Shown: positions 28,447-38,679 of the stretch, piece by piece | Layout: each line of letters begins with the position of its first letter | Position numbering within the stretch: position 1 is the first letter of the stretch | Origin: Syntrophothermus sp. DTU052 | GTDB taxonomy: Bacteria > Bacillota > Syntrophomonadia > Syntrophomonadales > DTU052 | Direction: 5' to 3' | Assembly: GCA_001512495.1 (NCBI GenBank) | Contig: LFRU01000032.1 | Span: forward strand, 45,765-109,764 | DNA: 64,000 nt | Notes under the pieces: model-generated | What the model was told of the DNA's origin: nothing | The model's input: only the letters and a program-made list of their open reading frames with translations | The model's database searches: none | Made by a program: the position numbers and the translations under genes

Positions 28447-30505
28447 GGAACTGCTGCTGGAGATCGGAACCGAGGAAATGCCGGCGTTACTGTTGCCGGC
28501 AGCAATTGATGATTTAAGGAAGCTGGCGGAATCGGAGCTCAGTGCGGCCCGATTATCATATAGTAACCTGCGCATCGGGAGTACGCCCCGGCGTCTGACC
28601 CTTATGGTAGAGGGACTTGCAGACAAGCAGGCAGAATATGTGCGCGAGGTAAGAGGCCCCAGGGCTGACAAGGCCTTTGACGCTGAGGGCCGACCGACCA
28701 AAGCAGTTCAGGGCTTTGTCCGGAGCCAGGGGGTCTCCCTGGACGACCTGATCACCCGGGAAGCAGGGGGACACACCTACATCTTTGCTTCCATAAGAGA
28801 ACAGGGGCAACCGACAGTTCAGGTCCTACCTGAGGTGCTGCGCCGGATAATAACCGGGATGTCATTTCCCCGGTCTATGCGTTGGGGGTATTCCGAGGTC
28901 CGGTTTATACGGCCCATACGCTGGATAGTGGCCCTTTTCGACGGTGAGGTGATACCGTTGGAAATTGAGAATGTTACATCTGGAGACTTAACTTACGGAC
29001 ACCGCTTTCTTCATCCTCAAGCCATCAAGGTTAAGGGGATTGATGAGTATATCGAAAAACTGCGCCAGGCTTACGTTATAGTTGATGTTCAGGAACGCCG
29101 GGAGTGGATCTGGGAACAGGTCACAAGGGAAGCCGAGAACCAGGGGGGAATGGTGTTGAAGGATGAAAAGCTCCTGGAAGAGGTAACCTTCCTGGTGGAA
29201 TACCCCACTGCTTTTGCCGGGACTTTTTCCTCCGACTATTTAAGCATACCCCCGGAGGTCCTGGTTACCAGCATGAAGGAGCACCAGCGGTATTTTCCGG
29301 TTGTTGATAATCAGGGCAACCTGATGCCGGTGTTCATCGGGGTGCGAAACGGAACCAATGATAATATTCAGGTGGTGGCCGAGGGGAACCAGCGGGTGCT
29401 GAAAGCCCGCCTGGATGATGCCTATTTCTTTTATCGGGAGGATACCAAAGAACCTCTGGAGAGCAAAGTCAAGCTGCTGGACAGAGTGATTTACCAGGCC
29501 CGGCTGGGGACTATCGGAGAGAAGGCCAGGCGGCTGCAGAACCTCTCCGCATTTATAGCTCGGGAGCTCGGGTTTGAGCAGATAGAACAGACGAAACGGG
29601 CGGCTCTGTTGTGCAAGGCTGATCTGGAGACCAACATGGTTTATGAATTCCCTGAACTGCAAGGGATCATGGGGCGCAACTATGCCCTCCGGGATGGTGA
29701 GGATCCGGTGGTAGCCCAAGCAATCTTTGAACACTACCTCCCGCGCTTTGCCGGGGACGAACTGCCGGTTACCGCTCCGGGGATCGCACTTTCCCTGGCT
29801 GAGAAGTTCGACAACCTGGTGGGGAACTTTGCCATCGGAGTGCGACCAACCGGATCCCAGGATCCCTATGCCCTGCGGCGGCAGGCCTTGGGGATCGTGG
29901 CTATGGTTCTGAACTCCAGGCTGGAACTGGATCTGGACAAGGTTATTCGCAGGTCTTACCGTGAATTTAAAGCCCGTCTTGACCTTAACGAGGAAGAGAC
30001 TGTAAGTTCGGTTATGGATTTTATTCGGCTCCGACTGCGGGGTGTACTGCAGGATGAGGGAATACCATATGATATCCTAGATGCGGTTATTAATCTGGAT
30101 GTTTCCCAACTGCTGCTGATGAGTGAGAGGGCCAAAGCTTTGATAGCAATTAAAGAACAGCCCTATTTTGAGGACTTGATGGTAGCCTTCAACCGTCCTT
30201 TCAACCTTTCCCGGAAGGAGAGGAGCCAACTTGTTCGACCGGAGTTGTTTGAGGACCCGGCCGAACAGGAGCTGTATCAAGTAACCCTGAAGTTGAATCA
30301 GGAATTACCAGGTTATCTAAATCGGCGAAGGTACTCCGCTTATTGCGAAAAGCTGGCTGCTACGAGGCCTTACCTGGATACCTTCTTTGAGCGCGTAATG
30401 GTCATGGTTGAAGACGATCAGATTCGGGAAAACCGCTTGGCGCTCTTAAAGCAGGTGGTTCAAATGTTCCTCAATTTTGCCGACTTCTCCAAACTGGTGG
30501 TTTGA
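28439..30505 (+). CDS. glyS: Glycine--tRNA ligase beta subunit
   Basis: The GTG at 28439 overlaps the glyQ end. The product starts [15 protein letters not shown] and carries a GlyS body and an anticodon-binding C-terminus. The ORF track opens at 28391. Confidence 0.95.
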   Translation: MNKELLLEIGTEEMPALLLPAAIDDLRKLAESELSAARLSYSNLRIGSTPRRLTLMVEGLADKQAEYVREVRGPRADKAFDAEGRPTKAVQGFVRSQGVSLDDLITREAGGHTYIFASIREQGQPTVQVLPEVLRRIITGMSFPRSMRWGYSEVRFIRPIRWIVALFDGEVIPLEIENVTSGDLTYGHRFLHPQAIKVKGIDEYIEKLRQAYVIVDVQERREWIWEQVTREAENQGGMVLKDEKLLEEVTFLVEYPTAFAGTFSSDYLSIPPEVLVTSMKEHQRYFPVVDNQGNLMPVFIGVRNGTNDNIQVVAEGNQRVLKARLDDAYFFYREDTKEPLESKVKLLDRVIYQARLGTIGEKARRLQNLSAFIARELGFEQIEQTKRAALLCKADLETNMVYEFPELQGIMGRNYALRDGEDPVVAQAIFEHYLPRFAGDELPVTAPGIALSLAEKFDNLVGNFAIGVRPTGSQDPYALRRQALGIVAMVLNSRLELDLDKVIRRSYREFKARLDLNEEETVSSVMDFIRLRLRGVLQDEGIPYDILDAVINLDVSQLLLMSERAKALIAIKEQPYFEDLMVAFNRPFNLSRKERSQLVRPELFEDPAEQELYQVTLKLNQELPGYLNRRRYSAYCEKLAATRPYLDTFFERVMVMVEDDQIRENRLALLKQVVQMFLNFADFSKLVV

Positions 30506-30601
30506 AATCCTTTGACATTATTTGAGGGATTACTTAATCTATATAGTGTATATGATTAATGCCATTTTGGAGCAAAAAGTATAGCATATTGAGGTGGCGC
30601 G

Positions 30602-31255
30602 ATGTTCGACCTAAGTCAGCGGCAGGAACGGATAATCGAGATTGTTAGAAAGCAGGGGCCGATTACCGGAGAGAAGATTGCAGAAATACTGGATGTTACT
30701 CGAGCGGCTCTACGCCCTGATCTGGCAATTTTAACTATGTCGGGATACCTGGAGGCCAAACCACGGGTCGGATACACCTATAAGAGTGAAGGCTTTCACA
30801 ATGCCATCCGTCGTATTCTAAACCAGTACCGGGTGAGAGATGTTAAATCCATGCCGGTAGTGATCCCCGAGACCTCCAGTATCTATGATGGCATCGTTAC
30901 TCTATTTACCGAAGATGCAGGGACTATCTATGTGGTTGACAAGGATAATTACCTGACAGGGGTTGTATCGCGAAAAGATTTTCTGAAGACTGCTCTGGGG
31001 CAGACTGATCTGTTCAAGGTTCCCGTAAGCGTAATCATGACCAGAATGCCCAATGTCATAACCTGTACGCTGGACGATAAGGTGGTTGAGGCTGCCAGAA
31101 AAATTGTGACCCATGAGATTGACAGCCTGCCGGTGGTTAAGGTATTTGTTGATGATCGGGGAGATGAGAAGCTGGAGGTAGTTGGCCGCATCACCAAAAC
31201 CAATATTGCACGACTGTTTCTGGACCTCGCTTATAAGAATACTAAGGAGGTTTGA
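30602..31255 (+). CDS. CcpN-like transcriptional regulator (HTH + tandem CBS domains)
   Basis: 217 aa. N-terminal HTH (RQERIIEIVRKQGPITGEKIAEILDVTRAALRPDL) and two CBS repeats. It is followed by a yqfL-type kinase gene, as in the B. subtilis ccpN-yqfL pair. Confidence 0.8.
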   Translation: MFDLSQRQERIIEIVRKQGPITGEKIAEILDVTRAALRPDLAILTMSGYLEAKPRVGYTYKSEGFHNAIRRILNQYRVRDVKSMPVVIPETSSIYDGIVTLFTEDAGTIYVVDKDNYLTGVVSRKDFLKTALGQTDLFKVPVSVIMTRMPNVITCTLDDKVVEAARKIVTHEIDSLPVVKVFVDDRGDEKLEVVGRITKTNIARLFLDLAYKNTKEV

Positions 31256-32080
31256 TTGTTGACTAAAGTCATTCCTGGTGTTTACATAATATCGGACTCG
31301 ATTGGAGAAACCGCGGAGATGGTGGTAAGGGCAGCGACCAGCCAATTTGACTCCGGCAAAATCGAGATTAGAAGGATACCGAATGTTGGCGATACAGATA
31401 CTATAGACAGGGTGGTAGAACAGGCTCTTGAGACCAGGGCTATGATCGCCTTTACCCTGGTATTGCCGGAACTCAAAGAATACCTGCTGCAAAAAGCGGC
31501 TTCAGCCGGGGTCATTACTGTCGATGTTTTATCTCCGATAATAGAAGCCGTTGAGCGCTCTACCGGGCTGAAACCTCACCGTGAACCCGGTATTCTGCGC
31601 AAGGTTGACGAGATCTATTTCCGCCGGGTGGAAGCAATTGAGTTTGCAGTTAGGTACGATGACGGCAAGGATCCGCGCGGGATAATGTTGGCCGATATCG
31701 TGCTGGTGGGGGTATCACGCACTTCAAAGACCCCGGTTTCCATGTACTTGGCACACAAGCGGCTCAAGGTGGCCAACGTGCCTCTTGTACCCGAGGTTGT
31801 CCCGCCTGATGAACTGTTACAGGTGGAGAAGGGTAAGCTTATCGGGTTAACCATAGATCCCCAGCAGCTTCTATCCATACGCAAAGAACGGCTTAAGAGC
31901 CTGGGATTGATGGCAGACGCCAATTATGCCAATGAAAGCAGAATTCTTCAGGAGATGGAGTTCGCTCAAAAAGTTATGCGCCGATTGGGCTGTCCCGTAA
32001 TTGATGTTACCAACCGGGCAGTGGAGGAGACGTCCAGTAAAATTCTTGAAATCTACTATAGGGGGTTAAGTCATGTCTAA
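31256..32080 (+). CDS. Pyruvate, phosphate dikinase regulatory protein (PDRP; DUF299 kinase/pyrophosphorylase, YqfL family)
   Basis: 274 aa. P-loop-like GVSRTSKTP and the DUF299 architecture. It lies immediately upstream of, and overlaps, ppdK. Confidence 0.9.
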   Translation: MLTKVIPGVYIISDSIGETAEMVVRAATSQFDSGKIEIRRIPNVGDTDTIDRVVEQALETRAMIAFTLVLPELKEYLLQKAASAGVITVDVLSPIIEAVERSTGLKPHREPGILRKVDEIYFRRVEAIEFAVRYDDGKDPRGIMLADIVLVGVSRTSKTPVSMYLAHKRLKVANVPLVPEVVPPDELLQVEKGKLIGLTIDPQQLLSIRKERLKSLGLMADANYANESRILQEMEFAQKVMRRLGCPVIDVTNRAVEETSSKILEIYYRGLSHV

Positions 32081-34718
32081 GAAGTATGTCTTCCTGTTTG
32101 ATGAGGGCGGCGGTTTGAGCAAGGAACTGCTAGGAGGTAAGGGAGCAAATCTGGCGGAGATGACCAGGATCGGACTGCCGGTTCCCCCTGGATTCACTAT
32201 CAGTACCGAGGCCTGCAATGAGTATTATCGCAGTGGCAACCAACTGCCCGCTGGATTGATGGATGAGGTCCGGGCAGCACTGAAGAAGATAGAGGAAAAA
32301 ACCGGGAAAAAGTTTGGGGATCGTGATAATCCGCTGCTGGTTTCGGTAAGATCGGGTGCGGCCATTTCCATGCCGGGGATGATGGATACCATTCTTAACC
32401 TGGGATTAAACGACGAAGCGGTTGAAGGTTTGGCCAAGCTGACCGGTGATAAACGGTTTGCCCGGGACTGTTACCGCCGATTCATCCAGATGTTCAGCAA
32501 TGTGGTCCTGGATGCGGAACATGGGATGTTTGATGCAGTAATGGAGCGCTACAAGAAACGGCTGAACCTCGACTTTGATTATGAGATCGCAGAGGACAAA
32601 CTGCTGGATATAATCAATGAGTATAAGGAGATTGTCACCCGGACTACCGGCCGTGTATTCCCGCAGGATGTGCAGGAACAGTTGGAGATGGCAATAATCG
32701 CAGTATTCAAGAGCTGGAACACCCCGAGGGCCAAAGTATACCGTAAAGCCAACAAGATCTCCGATGAACTTGGCACAGCGGTCAACATCCAGTCCATGGT
32801 CTTCGGCAATATGGGTACGGATTCCGGTACCGGTGTAGCCTTTACCCGCAACCCATCGACTGGTGAGCACGAACTCTATGGAGAATTTTTGATCAACGCA
32901 CAAGGGGAAGATGTTGTGGCCGGTATTCGTACCCCATCGCCCATCAGCAAGCTTAGAGAGGAACTGCCTGATATATATGACCAGTTTGTACAGACCTGCC
33001 AAACCCTGGAGCAACACTACCGGGAAATGCAGGATGTTGAGTTTACAGTTGAGAAGGGGAAACTCTACATGCTGCAGACCCGGACCGGCAAGCGTACGGC
33101 GCGGGCCGCGGTCAAGGTTGCCTATGATATGGTTCACGAAGGCCTGATTTCCAAGAAGGAAGCTTTGTTAAGGGTCGAACCGGAGCAGCTGGATCAACTG
33201 CTTCACCGCCAGATTGATCCCCAGGCCGAGCTTGCGGTTATTGCCCGCGGGCTTCCGGCTTCTCCCGGCGCAGCTTCCGGCAAGGTGGTTTTTGATGCGG
33301 ATGAGGCTGAAAAGGCCGGTAATGAAGGGGAAAAAGTTGTTCTGGTTCGAAATGAAACTACCCCGGACGATATCCACGGCATTATCAAGGCCGAGGGTGT
33401 ATTGACCGCCCGCGGTGGCATGACCAGCCACGCAGCCGTGGTAGCCCGTGGGATGGGCAAACCGTGTGTTTGCGGATGTGAAGCCTTGAATATCAACGCC
33501 GACGCGGAAGAGGTGACAGTAAACGGGAAAACAATAAAAAAGGGAGATATCATCTCCATTGACGGGTCCACCGGAAACGTGTTTTTTGGTGAGGTCCCCA
33601 TGATTGATCCGACCTTCAGTGTCGAATTTGAGACCCTGTTACAGTGGGCTGACGAGTTTAAGCAGCTATCGGTTCGCGCCAACGCCGACAACCCGGAAGA
33701 CGCACAGAGGGCTCGGGAATTTGGGGCCGAGGGTATTGGGTTGTGCCGCACTGAGCACATGTTTATGGCCACGGAACGCCTGCCAATTGTGCAGGAAATG
33801 ATCATGGCGGATTCCCTGGAGCAGCGAGAAAAGGCTTTGGCCAAACTGCTCCCGTTACAGCGGGGAGACTTCTACGAGATCTTTAAGGTGATGGAATCCC
33901 TGCCGGTTACGGTTAGGCTTCTGGATCCACCGCTCCATGAGTTCCTCCCCAATGATAAAGAATTGATGCTGGAGATAGCCGAGCTGCGTTTCCGAGGCGG
34001 AGATGCCAGGTTGATTGAGGAGAAGGAGCTTCTGCTCAAAAAGGTTACCAGCCTGCATGAAGCCAACCCCATGCTGGGACATCGCGGTACCCGGCTGGGA
34101 GTAACGTATCCCGAGATATACCGCATGCAGGCTCGGGCAATTTTCGAAGCCACGGCGCAACTGAAAAAAGAGGGAGTCAATGTGCTTCCGGAGGTAGAGA
34201 TCCCGTTGGTGATGGATATAAAAGAACTGACCGCCATGAAGCAGGAAGTCCTTGATATTTATCAGGAGGTGGCCAAAGAAACCGGGATCGAATTTGAATT
34301 CAAGGTTGGCACTATGATAGAGCTGCCAAGAGCATGTCTGGTGGCTGAAGAGATTGCAGTAGAGGCCGACTTCTTCTCCTTCGGCACCAACGACCTCACC
34401 CAGACTACCCTGGGATTCAGCCGTGATGATGCGGAAGGAAAGTTTATCCCCATATACCTTGAAAAGAAGATAATCAAGGATAACCCCTTCGCCGTGCTCG
34501 ACCGTCAGGGAGTAGGGACCTTGATGAGGATGGCAGTTGAAAAGGGCCGCCAGACCAAACCTGACCTCCTAATCGGCATTTGCGGGGAACACGGCGGAGA
34601 GCCAAGCTCCATTGAATTCTGTCACCTGCTGAGTCTGGAGTATGTAAGCTGCTCACCCTATCGGATTCCCGTAGCCCGATTGGCAGCTGCCCAGGCGGCG
34701 ATTAAGCATCAAGGATGA
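32073..34718 (+). CDS. ppdK: Pyruvate, phosphate dikinase
   Basis: 881 aa. ATP-grasp N-terminus, phosphohistidine motif GGMTSHAAVVARG and a PEP-utilising TIM-barrel C-terminus (GLCRTEHMF, SFGTNDLTQ). Confidence 0.98.
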   Translation: MSKKYVFLFDEGGGLSKELLGGKGANLAEMTRIGLPVPPGFTISTEACNEYYRSGNQLPAGLMDEVRAALKKIEEKTGKKFGDRDNPLLVSVRSGAAISMPGMMDTILNLGLNDEAVEGLAKLTGDKRFARDCYRRFIQMFSNVVLDAEHGMFDAVMERYKKRLNLDFDYEIAEDKLLDIINEYKEIVTRTTGRVFPQDVQEQLEMAIIAVFKSWNTPRAKVYRKANKISDELGTAVNIQSMVFGNMGTDSGTGVAFTRNPSTGEHELYGEFLINAQGEDVVAGIRTPSPISKLREELPDIYDQFVQTCQTLEQHYREMQDVEFTVEKGKLYMLQTRTGKRTARAAVKVAYDMVHEGLISKKEALLRVEPEQLDQLLHRQIDPQAELAVIARGLPASPGAASGKVVFDADEAEKAGNEGEKVVLVRNETTPDDIHGIIKAEGVLTARGGMTSHAAVVARGMGKPCVCGCEALNINADAEEVTVNGKTIKKGDIISIDGSTGNVFFGEVPMIDPTFSVEFETLLQWADEFKQLSVRANADNPEDAQRAREFGAEGIGLCRTEHMFMATERLPIVQEMIMADSLEQREKALAKLLPLQRGDFYEIFKVMESLPVTVRLLDPPLHEFLPNDKELMLEIAELRFRGGDARLIEEKELLLKKVTSLHEANPMLGHRGTRLGVTYPEIYRMQARAIFEATAQLKKEGVNVLPEVEIPLVMDIKELTAMKQEVLDIYQEVAKETGIEFEFKVGTMIELPRACLVAEEIAVEADFFSFGTNDLTQTTLGFSRDDAEGKFIPIYLEKKIIKDNPFAVLDRQGVGTLMRMAVEKGRQTKPDLLIGICGEHGGEPSSIEFCHLLSLEYVSCSPYRIPVARLAAAQAAIKHQG

Positions 34719-34794
34719 GATAAATAAGGCCCCGAAATGAAGTTTCCAAAGCCTCATATATTGAGGGATAGACGACAAAAAAGAATTGGGACAA

Positions 34795-34835
34795 GGGTAC
34801 TGACACTTAATAATTAAATGCCAGTACCCTTTTTT
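34795..34835 (+). terminator. Rho-independent terminator of ppdK
   Basis: Stem gggtactg/cagtaccc (34795-34802 / 34822-34829) followed by TTTTTT (34830-34835). Confidence 0.7.
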
Positions 34836-35025
34836 CGTAATTGTCGAAGGACATCAATTTCTCATACCCAAACATTATTAGACAGCAAAGAGGCAACAGC
34901 AACGGTAGTGGATTAGTAGTAACCTCTTTGACCATGACCGCAGTCGATGTAGATGCTGCTATTGGAGGGTACACCGGCTTGACGGAATGTTATTTTTCCA
35001 TCGAACGGTACATACGGTGGTGTGG

Positions 35026-35063
35026 GAGGTCGGCTGCCCGTTAATGGGCAGCCGACCTCCCCG
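35026..35063. terminator. Perfect 16-bp hairpin (terminator-like, no U-tract) between convergent units
   Basis: gggaggtcggctgccc gttaat gggcagccgacctccc. It sits 18 nt beyond the 3' end of the minus-strand gene remnant at 35081. Confidence 0.5.
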
Positions 35064-35080
35064 ATGAGGTTTTAAGTGTT

Positions 35081-36790
35081 TTATATTGAATAATGAAAGA
35101 TGACTGAATCGCCTAGGACCCAAATCTCTTCATGTCCGTCAACGGTAAGTTTGATGGCCCGGGCTTCACCCAGGTATCCGGTTTCTTTGGCAATGTCCAT
35201 GTCAAGGTCACTGCCGGGAGGGTAATCAGTATTGTAGGTTACGGTCCAACTGCTGCCATCAGTGGAGGTTAAGATTACTTCGGGTGCCGGTTGCCCACTT
35301 CCGTCATCATCTTGAACGTTCTTGGTGATGCCCCTGGCCAGGAACCTCCCATCCACGTATACCACGTCATTTAGCATATAGGGGAAGTGCTGTTCTACCA
35401 GCTTCCATTTCACTGCGTCGTCCGAGGTATAGATGTAACTCCGAAAATCGTCATCGTTCAGGTAGTTCCGTTTATCGAAAAGTCCGCCCACAGCTACATA
35501 TTTTCCCGCTCCAAAAGCCACTGAATTAATGGATGCGGTAGCTAGGCCATCAAAAGGCAGTACCTCATACGCAATAGAGGTGCCGGTCTTTCGGTCAAAG
35601 GTAAAGATGGCTCCGCCATAAGCCTCGGGGAAATCATGGCTGGAGTAATCCCTGGTGCCGGCGGCAATAAATAGTCCGTCTCCGTTGTACAGTATATCCC
35701 GGAAACCATAGGGGTTGGCCGGTACTGCTACCGGCCATGTATTGCCGGCATCGGATGAGACCAACAGGTCATTTCTGGTTTCATGGATAAAGAGCAGATC
35801 ACCGGCAGCCCCACTTTTTTCGTAGACACCAATGTAGTCACCCACATATTTAAGACTATCATTATTGTACAAATAAACAGTATTGGTGTAGGCCCCTTCC
35901 ATACTGGTAACAATAAAGGTTCCGTTGGCAAAGGACAGGCTCCGGAACAGCCTGTTGGGGTATATCGTGGACGACCATTCACCATTATCAGGCAGGACTG
36001 CCATCAAGGAACTTTGCGAAGCATAGTTTACGCCTATCACAGCCATCATTCCATTGCCATAGGCAATGTTGCCCAATCCATATCCCCGCAGTCATCAATC
36101 CTGAAGGACTGCCACAAGTTTCCATCCGTACTGGAAAAACAGTTATTACCTCTGCCAACTATTATGAAATGGCCGTTACCTTATGCAATTGACTCACCAG
36201 CGGTTACCTCTTCGATAACAGTCCCTTGCTGACCATCCCGAGATTTAATGGGGTGATTCTGCTGCCGGACAACGATGAACTGTGAACCTCCAAAAGCTAT
36301 GTCGCGAAAAAACCAGTCATTCCGGAGATATCCACCTTGGTCCACTCGATGCCATCCTCGGAATAAGCGATTTCATCATTGGAAATGGCTACAAAACGGT
36401 TATTGCCAAAGGCTACTGCTTCGGCTGATAAGCCACTCCAAGTCTGGGACCATGTCTTTCCGTTGTCAGTTGAGCGAATCACCGATCCGCCATCTCCGAC
36501 CCCGATGTACATTCCATTGCCATAAGCATAATCCACGATTTGCTTGCCGGAGATGTGGACATAATTAATCTCTCGGCCTTCCACCGCTTCACCTGCTTGA
36601 ATGTTGGCCGTTAGGGTTATATCCCGGGCCGGCATCGTGAACCAGGCGTCCTCGGAATCGGCTATTACCTGACCATTTTCATCGGTCCAGTTTACGAACA
36701 TATAACCGGGATAAACTGCCACATTTATGTTCACCTCGGTCCCGGCCAAATAATTCCCGGAGCCTTTGGTTACCCGGCCTTTAATCCTGA
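35081..36790 (-). pseudogene. Eroded gene for an Asp-box (BNR-like) beta-propeller protein with an N-terminal Listeria-Bacteroides-type repeat
   Basis: The minus-strand reading frame is split into pieces (36790-36297, 36296-36077, 36076-35081). Recurrent motifs are (I/V)AYGNG and SxDxGxxW (STDNGKTWSQ, SEDGIEWTK, SSTDGNLWQS, SSDAGNTWP, TSDDAVKWK, TSTDGSSWT). There is a frameshift at the A6 run 36307-36312, a TAA in place of the Tyr of IAYGNG at 36181-36183, and a second frameshift near 36080. There is no ATG or signal peptide at the 5' end, where a stop immediately precedes KEPIRIKGRVTKG. Confidence 0.7.
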
Positions 36791-36891
36791 TTGGTTCTTT
36801 TTATCATTTCAGTTGATTATTGTACTGATATCATGGATTATTATTGTAGGCAGAGAATCAAGCCCAGCAAAAATAACAGGGAGGTTTTCCG

Positions 36892-37284
36892 GTGAAAGAA
36901 GTATATGATTTTTTGAAGAAATGCAAAACCTATTTCCTGGCTACCGTTGACGGTGACCAGCCCCGGGTGCGTCCCTTTGGGACTATAGACCTATTTGAGG
37001 GCCGGCTCTATATCCAAACCGGCAAAGTCAAGAATGTCTCCCGGCAGATGCAGGACAATCCCAAGGTTGAAATCTGTGCTTTTGATGGTGACCAATGGCT
37101 GCGGGTGGCGGCAACCGTGGTACGGGATGACAGGATAGAAGCCAAACAGCACATGTTGGACGCCTATCCAGTTTTGCAGGAATGGTATAAAGCGGATGAT
37201 GATAATACGGAAGTCTTATATCTGAAAGATGCTACCGCAACGTTTTACTCATTTACAACTGAACCACGTGTTATCAGGTTTTAG
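36892..37284 (+). CDS. Pyridoxamine 5'-phosphate oxidase-like FMN-binding split-barrel protein
   Basis: 130 aa. FLATVDGDQPRVRPFG...LYIQTGKVKNVSRQMQDNPKVEICAF is typical of the PNPOx-like family. Confidence 0.8.
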   Translation: MKEVYDFLKKCKTYFLATVDGDQPRVRPFGTIDLFEGRLYIQTGKVKNVSRQMQDNPKVEICAFDGDQWLRVAATVVRDDRIEAKQHMLDAYPVLQEWYKADDDNTEVLYLKDATATFYSFTTEPRVIRF

Positions 37285-37299
37285 GGTGTTATTTTTTGC

Positions 37300-37346
37300 G
37301 GCCGCAGGGCGCCGGCAAGCTCCGCCAGCCCCTGCGGCCTGTTTTC
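37300..37346 (+). terminator. Rho-independent terminator
   Basis: 10-bp GC stem ggccgcaggg/ccctgcggcc (37300-37309 / 37330-37339) with a 20-nt loop, followed by tgtttt. Confidence 0.6.
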
Positions 37347-37531
37347 CAGGCATGCCCATCTTATCCTTATATTAAGTTAATCCGACCATTATTTTAGACC
37401 CCTCTCTTAATAATTGCTCCTCAAGGCTGCTCCTCTCTAATAACCGCCCCGGCGGGTAGACCGGGTTTGTTGAAAGACCCGGACCAAGGTTACGATAAGT
37501 ACTAGTTACTAAGAAGGGGGGAGAAGGTAGC

Positions 37532-38491
37532 TTGAGCAACAACCGTATGAAGCAGAGGCTGACATCAATTCTCATGGGAATTTTCCTGGTTACAGCCATA
37601 TTTTTTCCCGTGACCAGTTGTTATGCCGCTTATGGGGACAGGCTATTGTACACCGGAACCGTGGGAGATGATGTCCGTGAGCTCCAACGCGACTTGACAG
37701 GGATTGGCTACGATACATACGGCGTGGATGGGATTTTTGGTCCCAAGACCCTCAATGCTGTACAGTCTTTTCAGAAAGCCAATGGCCTCGTCGTTGATGG
37801 GATTGCCGGCCCTAACACCAAAGCCAAACTGACGGAATTGGTATCTCAAAAGGGGTTTACCTACACGGTAGTCAGCGGGGATAGTCTCTGGTTGCTGGCC
37901 AACCGTTATGGCAGTACTGTGGCTGCCATCAAACAGGCTAATGGCCTGACATCAGATATTATTTACGTGGGGCAAAAGCTGACAATACCGGGAGGTGGCA
38001 GCCAGACAATACCGGAAGGCAATAATCCGCCGGCCAACCCCGGAAACAGCAATCCACCCAGCCGTGGTGACCGCTACGGACAACTGATTGACTGGTCCCA
38101 GGTCAAGAATATCTTTAAAGTGGGCATGGTAGCCACCGTTACTGACCTTGACACCGGAACTACGTGGCAGGTCAAGCGCATGGGCGGCAGCAACCATGCG
38201 GATTGCGAACCGCTGACGGCAGCGGACGCCGCCAAGATGAAAGCAACCTGGGGCGGCCAATGGAGCTGGGCACGCAGGGCCATAATTGTTTCAGTGGCCG
38301 GGCAAAAGATTGCGGCCTCACAACACGCGATGCCTCATGGATCACAGACGATCACCAACAACAATTTTCCGGGGCATTTTTGCATTCATTTTCTCAACAG
38401 CATGACCCATGGTGGAAACCAGTGGGCGCCATCACCGGCTCATGCTGACAGTGCCCACCAGGCAGCAGTCAGAAGAGCAGCCGGCAGGTAA
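37532..38491 (+). CDS. Secreted peptidoglycan-binding protein: PG_binding_1 + LysM + unassigned His/Cys-rich C-terminal domain
   Basis: 319 aa. Signal peptide, then PG_binding_1 (VRELQRDLTGIGYDTYGVDGIFGPKTLNAVQSFQKANGLVVDGIAGPNT), LysM (YTVVSGDSLWLLANRYGSTVAAIKQANGLTSDIIYVGQKLTIP), a Pro/Asn linker, and a C-terminal domain of about 140 aa with HADCEP...MPHG...PGHFCIHFLNSMTHGG. Confidence 0.8.
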   Translation: MSNNRMKQRLTSILMGIFLVTAIFFPVTSCYAAYGDRLLYTGTVGDDVRELQRDLTGIGYDTYGVDGIFGPKTLNAVQSFQKANGLVVDGIAGPNTKAKLTELVSQKGFTYTVVSGDSLWLLANRYGSTVAAIKQANGLTSDIIYVGQKLTIPGGGSQTIPEGNNPPANPGNSNPPSRGDRYGQLIDWSQVKNIFKVGMVATVTDLDTGTTWQVKRMGGSNHADCEPLTAADAAKMKATWGGQWSWARRAIIVSVAGQKIAASQHAMPHGSQTITNNNFPGHFCIHFLNSMTHGGNQWAPSPAHADSAHQAAVRRAAGR

Positions 38492-38617
38492 CCCCGGTAA
38501 TTTCTGATTATCATGTAAGTGGTTACAAGCGACTCGATGCGGCACAGAAAGGAAAAATTGAAATCTGATCAATAGCATCGTTGCTTGGGTTGTAGTTTTA
38601 ATGGACTTAAATAAGGC

Positions 38618-38652
38618 AGCAGGCCCAGGGTAAAACCCGCGGCCTGCTTTTG
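38618..38652. terminator. Hairpin terminator between convergent genes
   Basis: Stem agcaggcc/ggcctgct with an inner ggg/ccc helix, followed by TTTTG on the plus strand. It lies between the LysM gene (+) and the DUF342 gene (-). Confidence 0.5.
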
Positions 38653-38679
38653 CCAAGACAATAGGTTGAAGAAATGAGG

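Noticed and set aside
34841-35044. 67-aa plus-strand ORF between the ppdK terminator and the 16-bp hairpin.
   Set aside because: No RBS, a TTG start inside a terminator tail, and no motif. The opposite strand also shows only short broken frames. I left it as unexplained spacer of about 185 bp.
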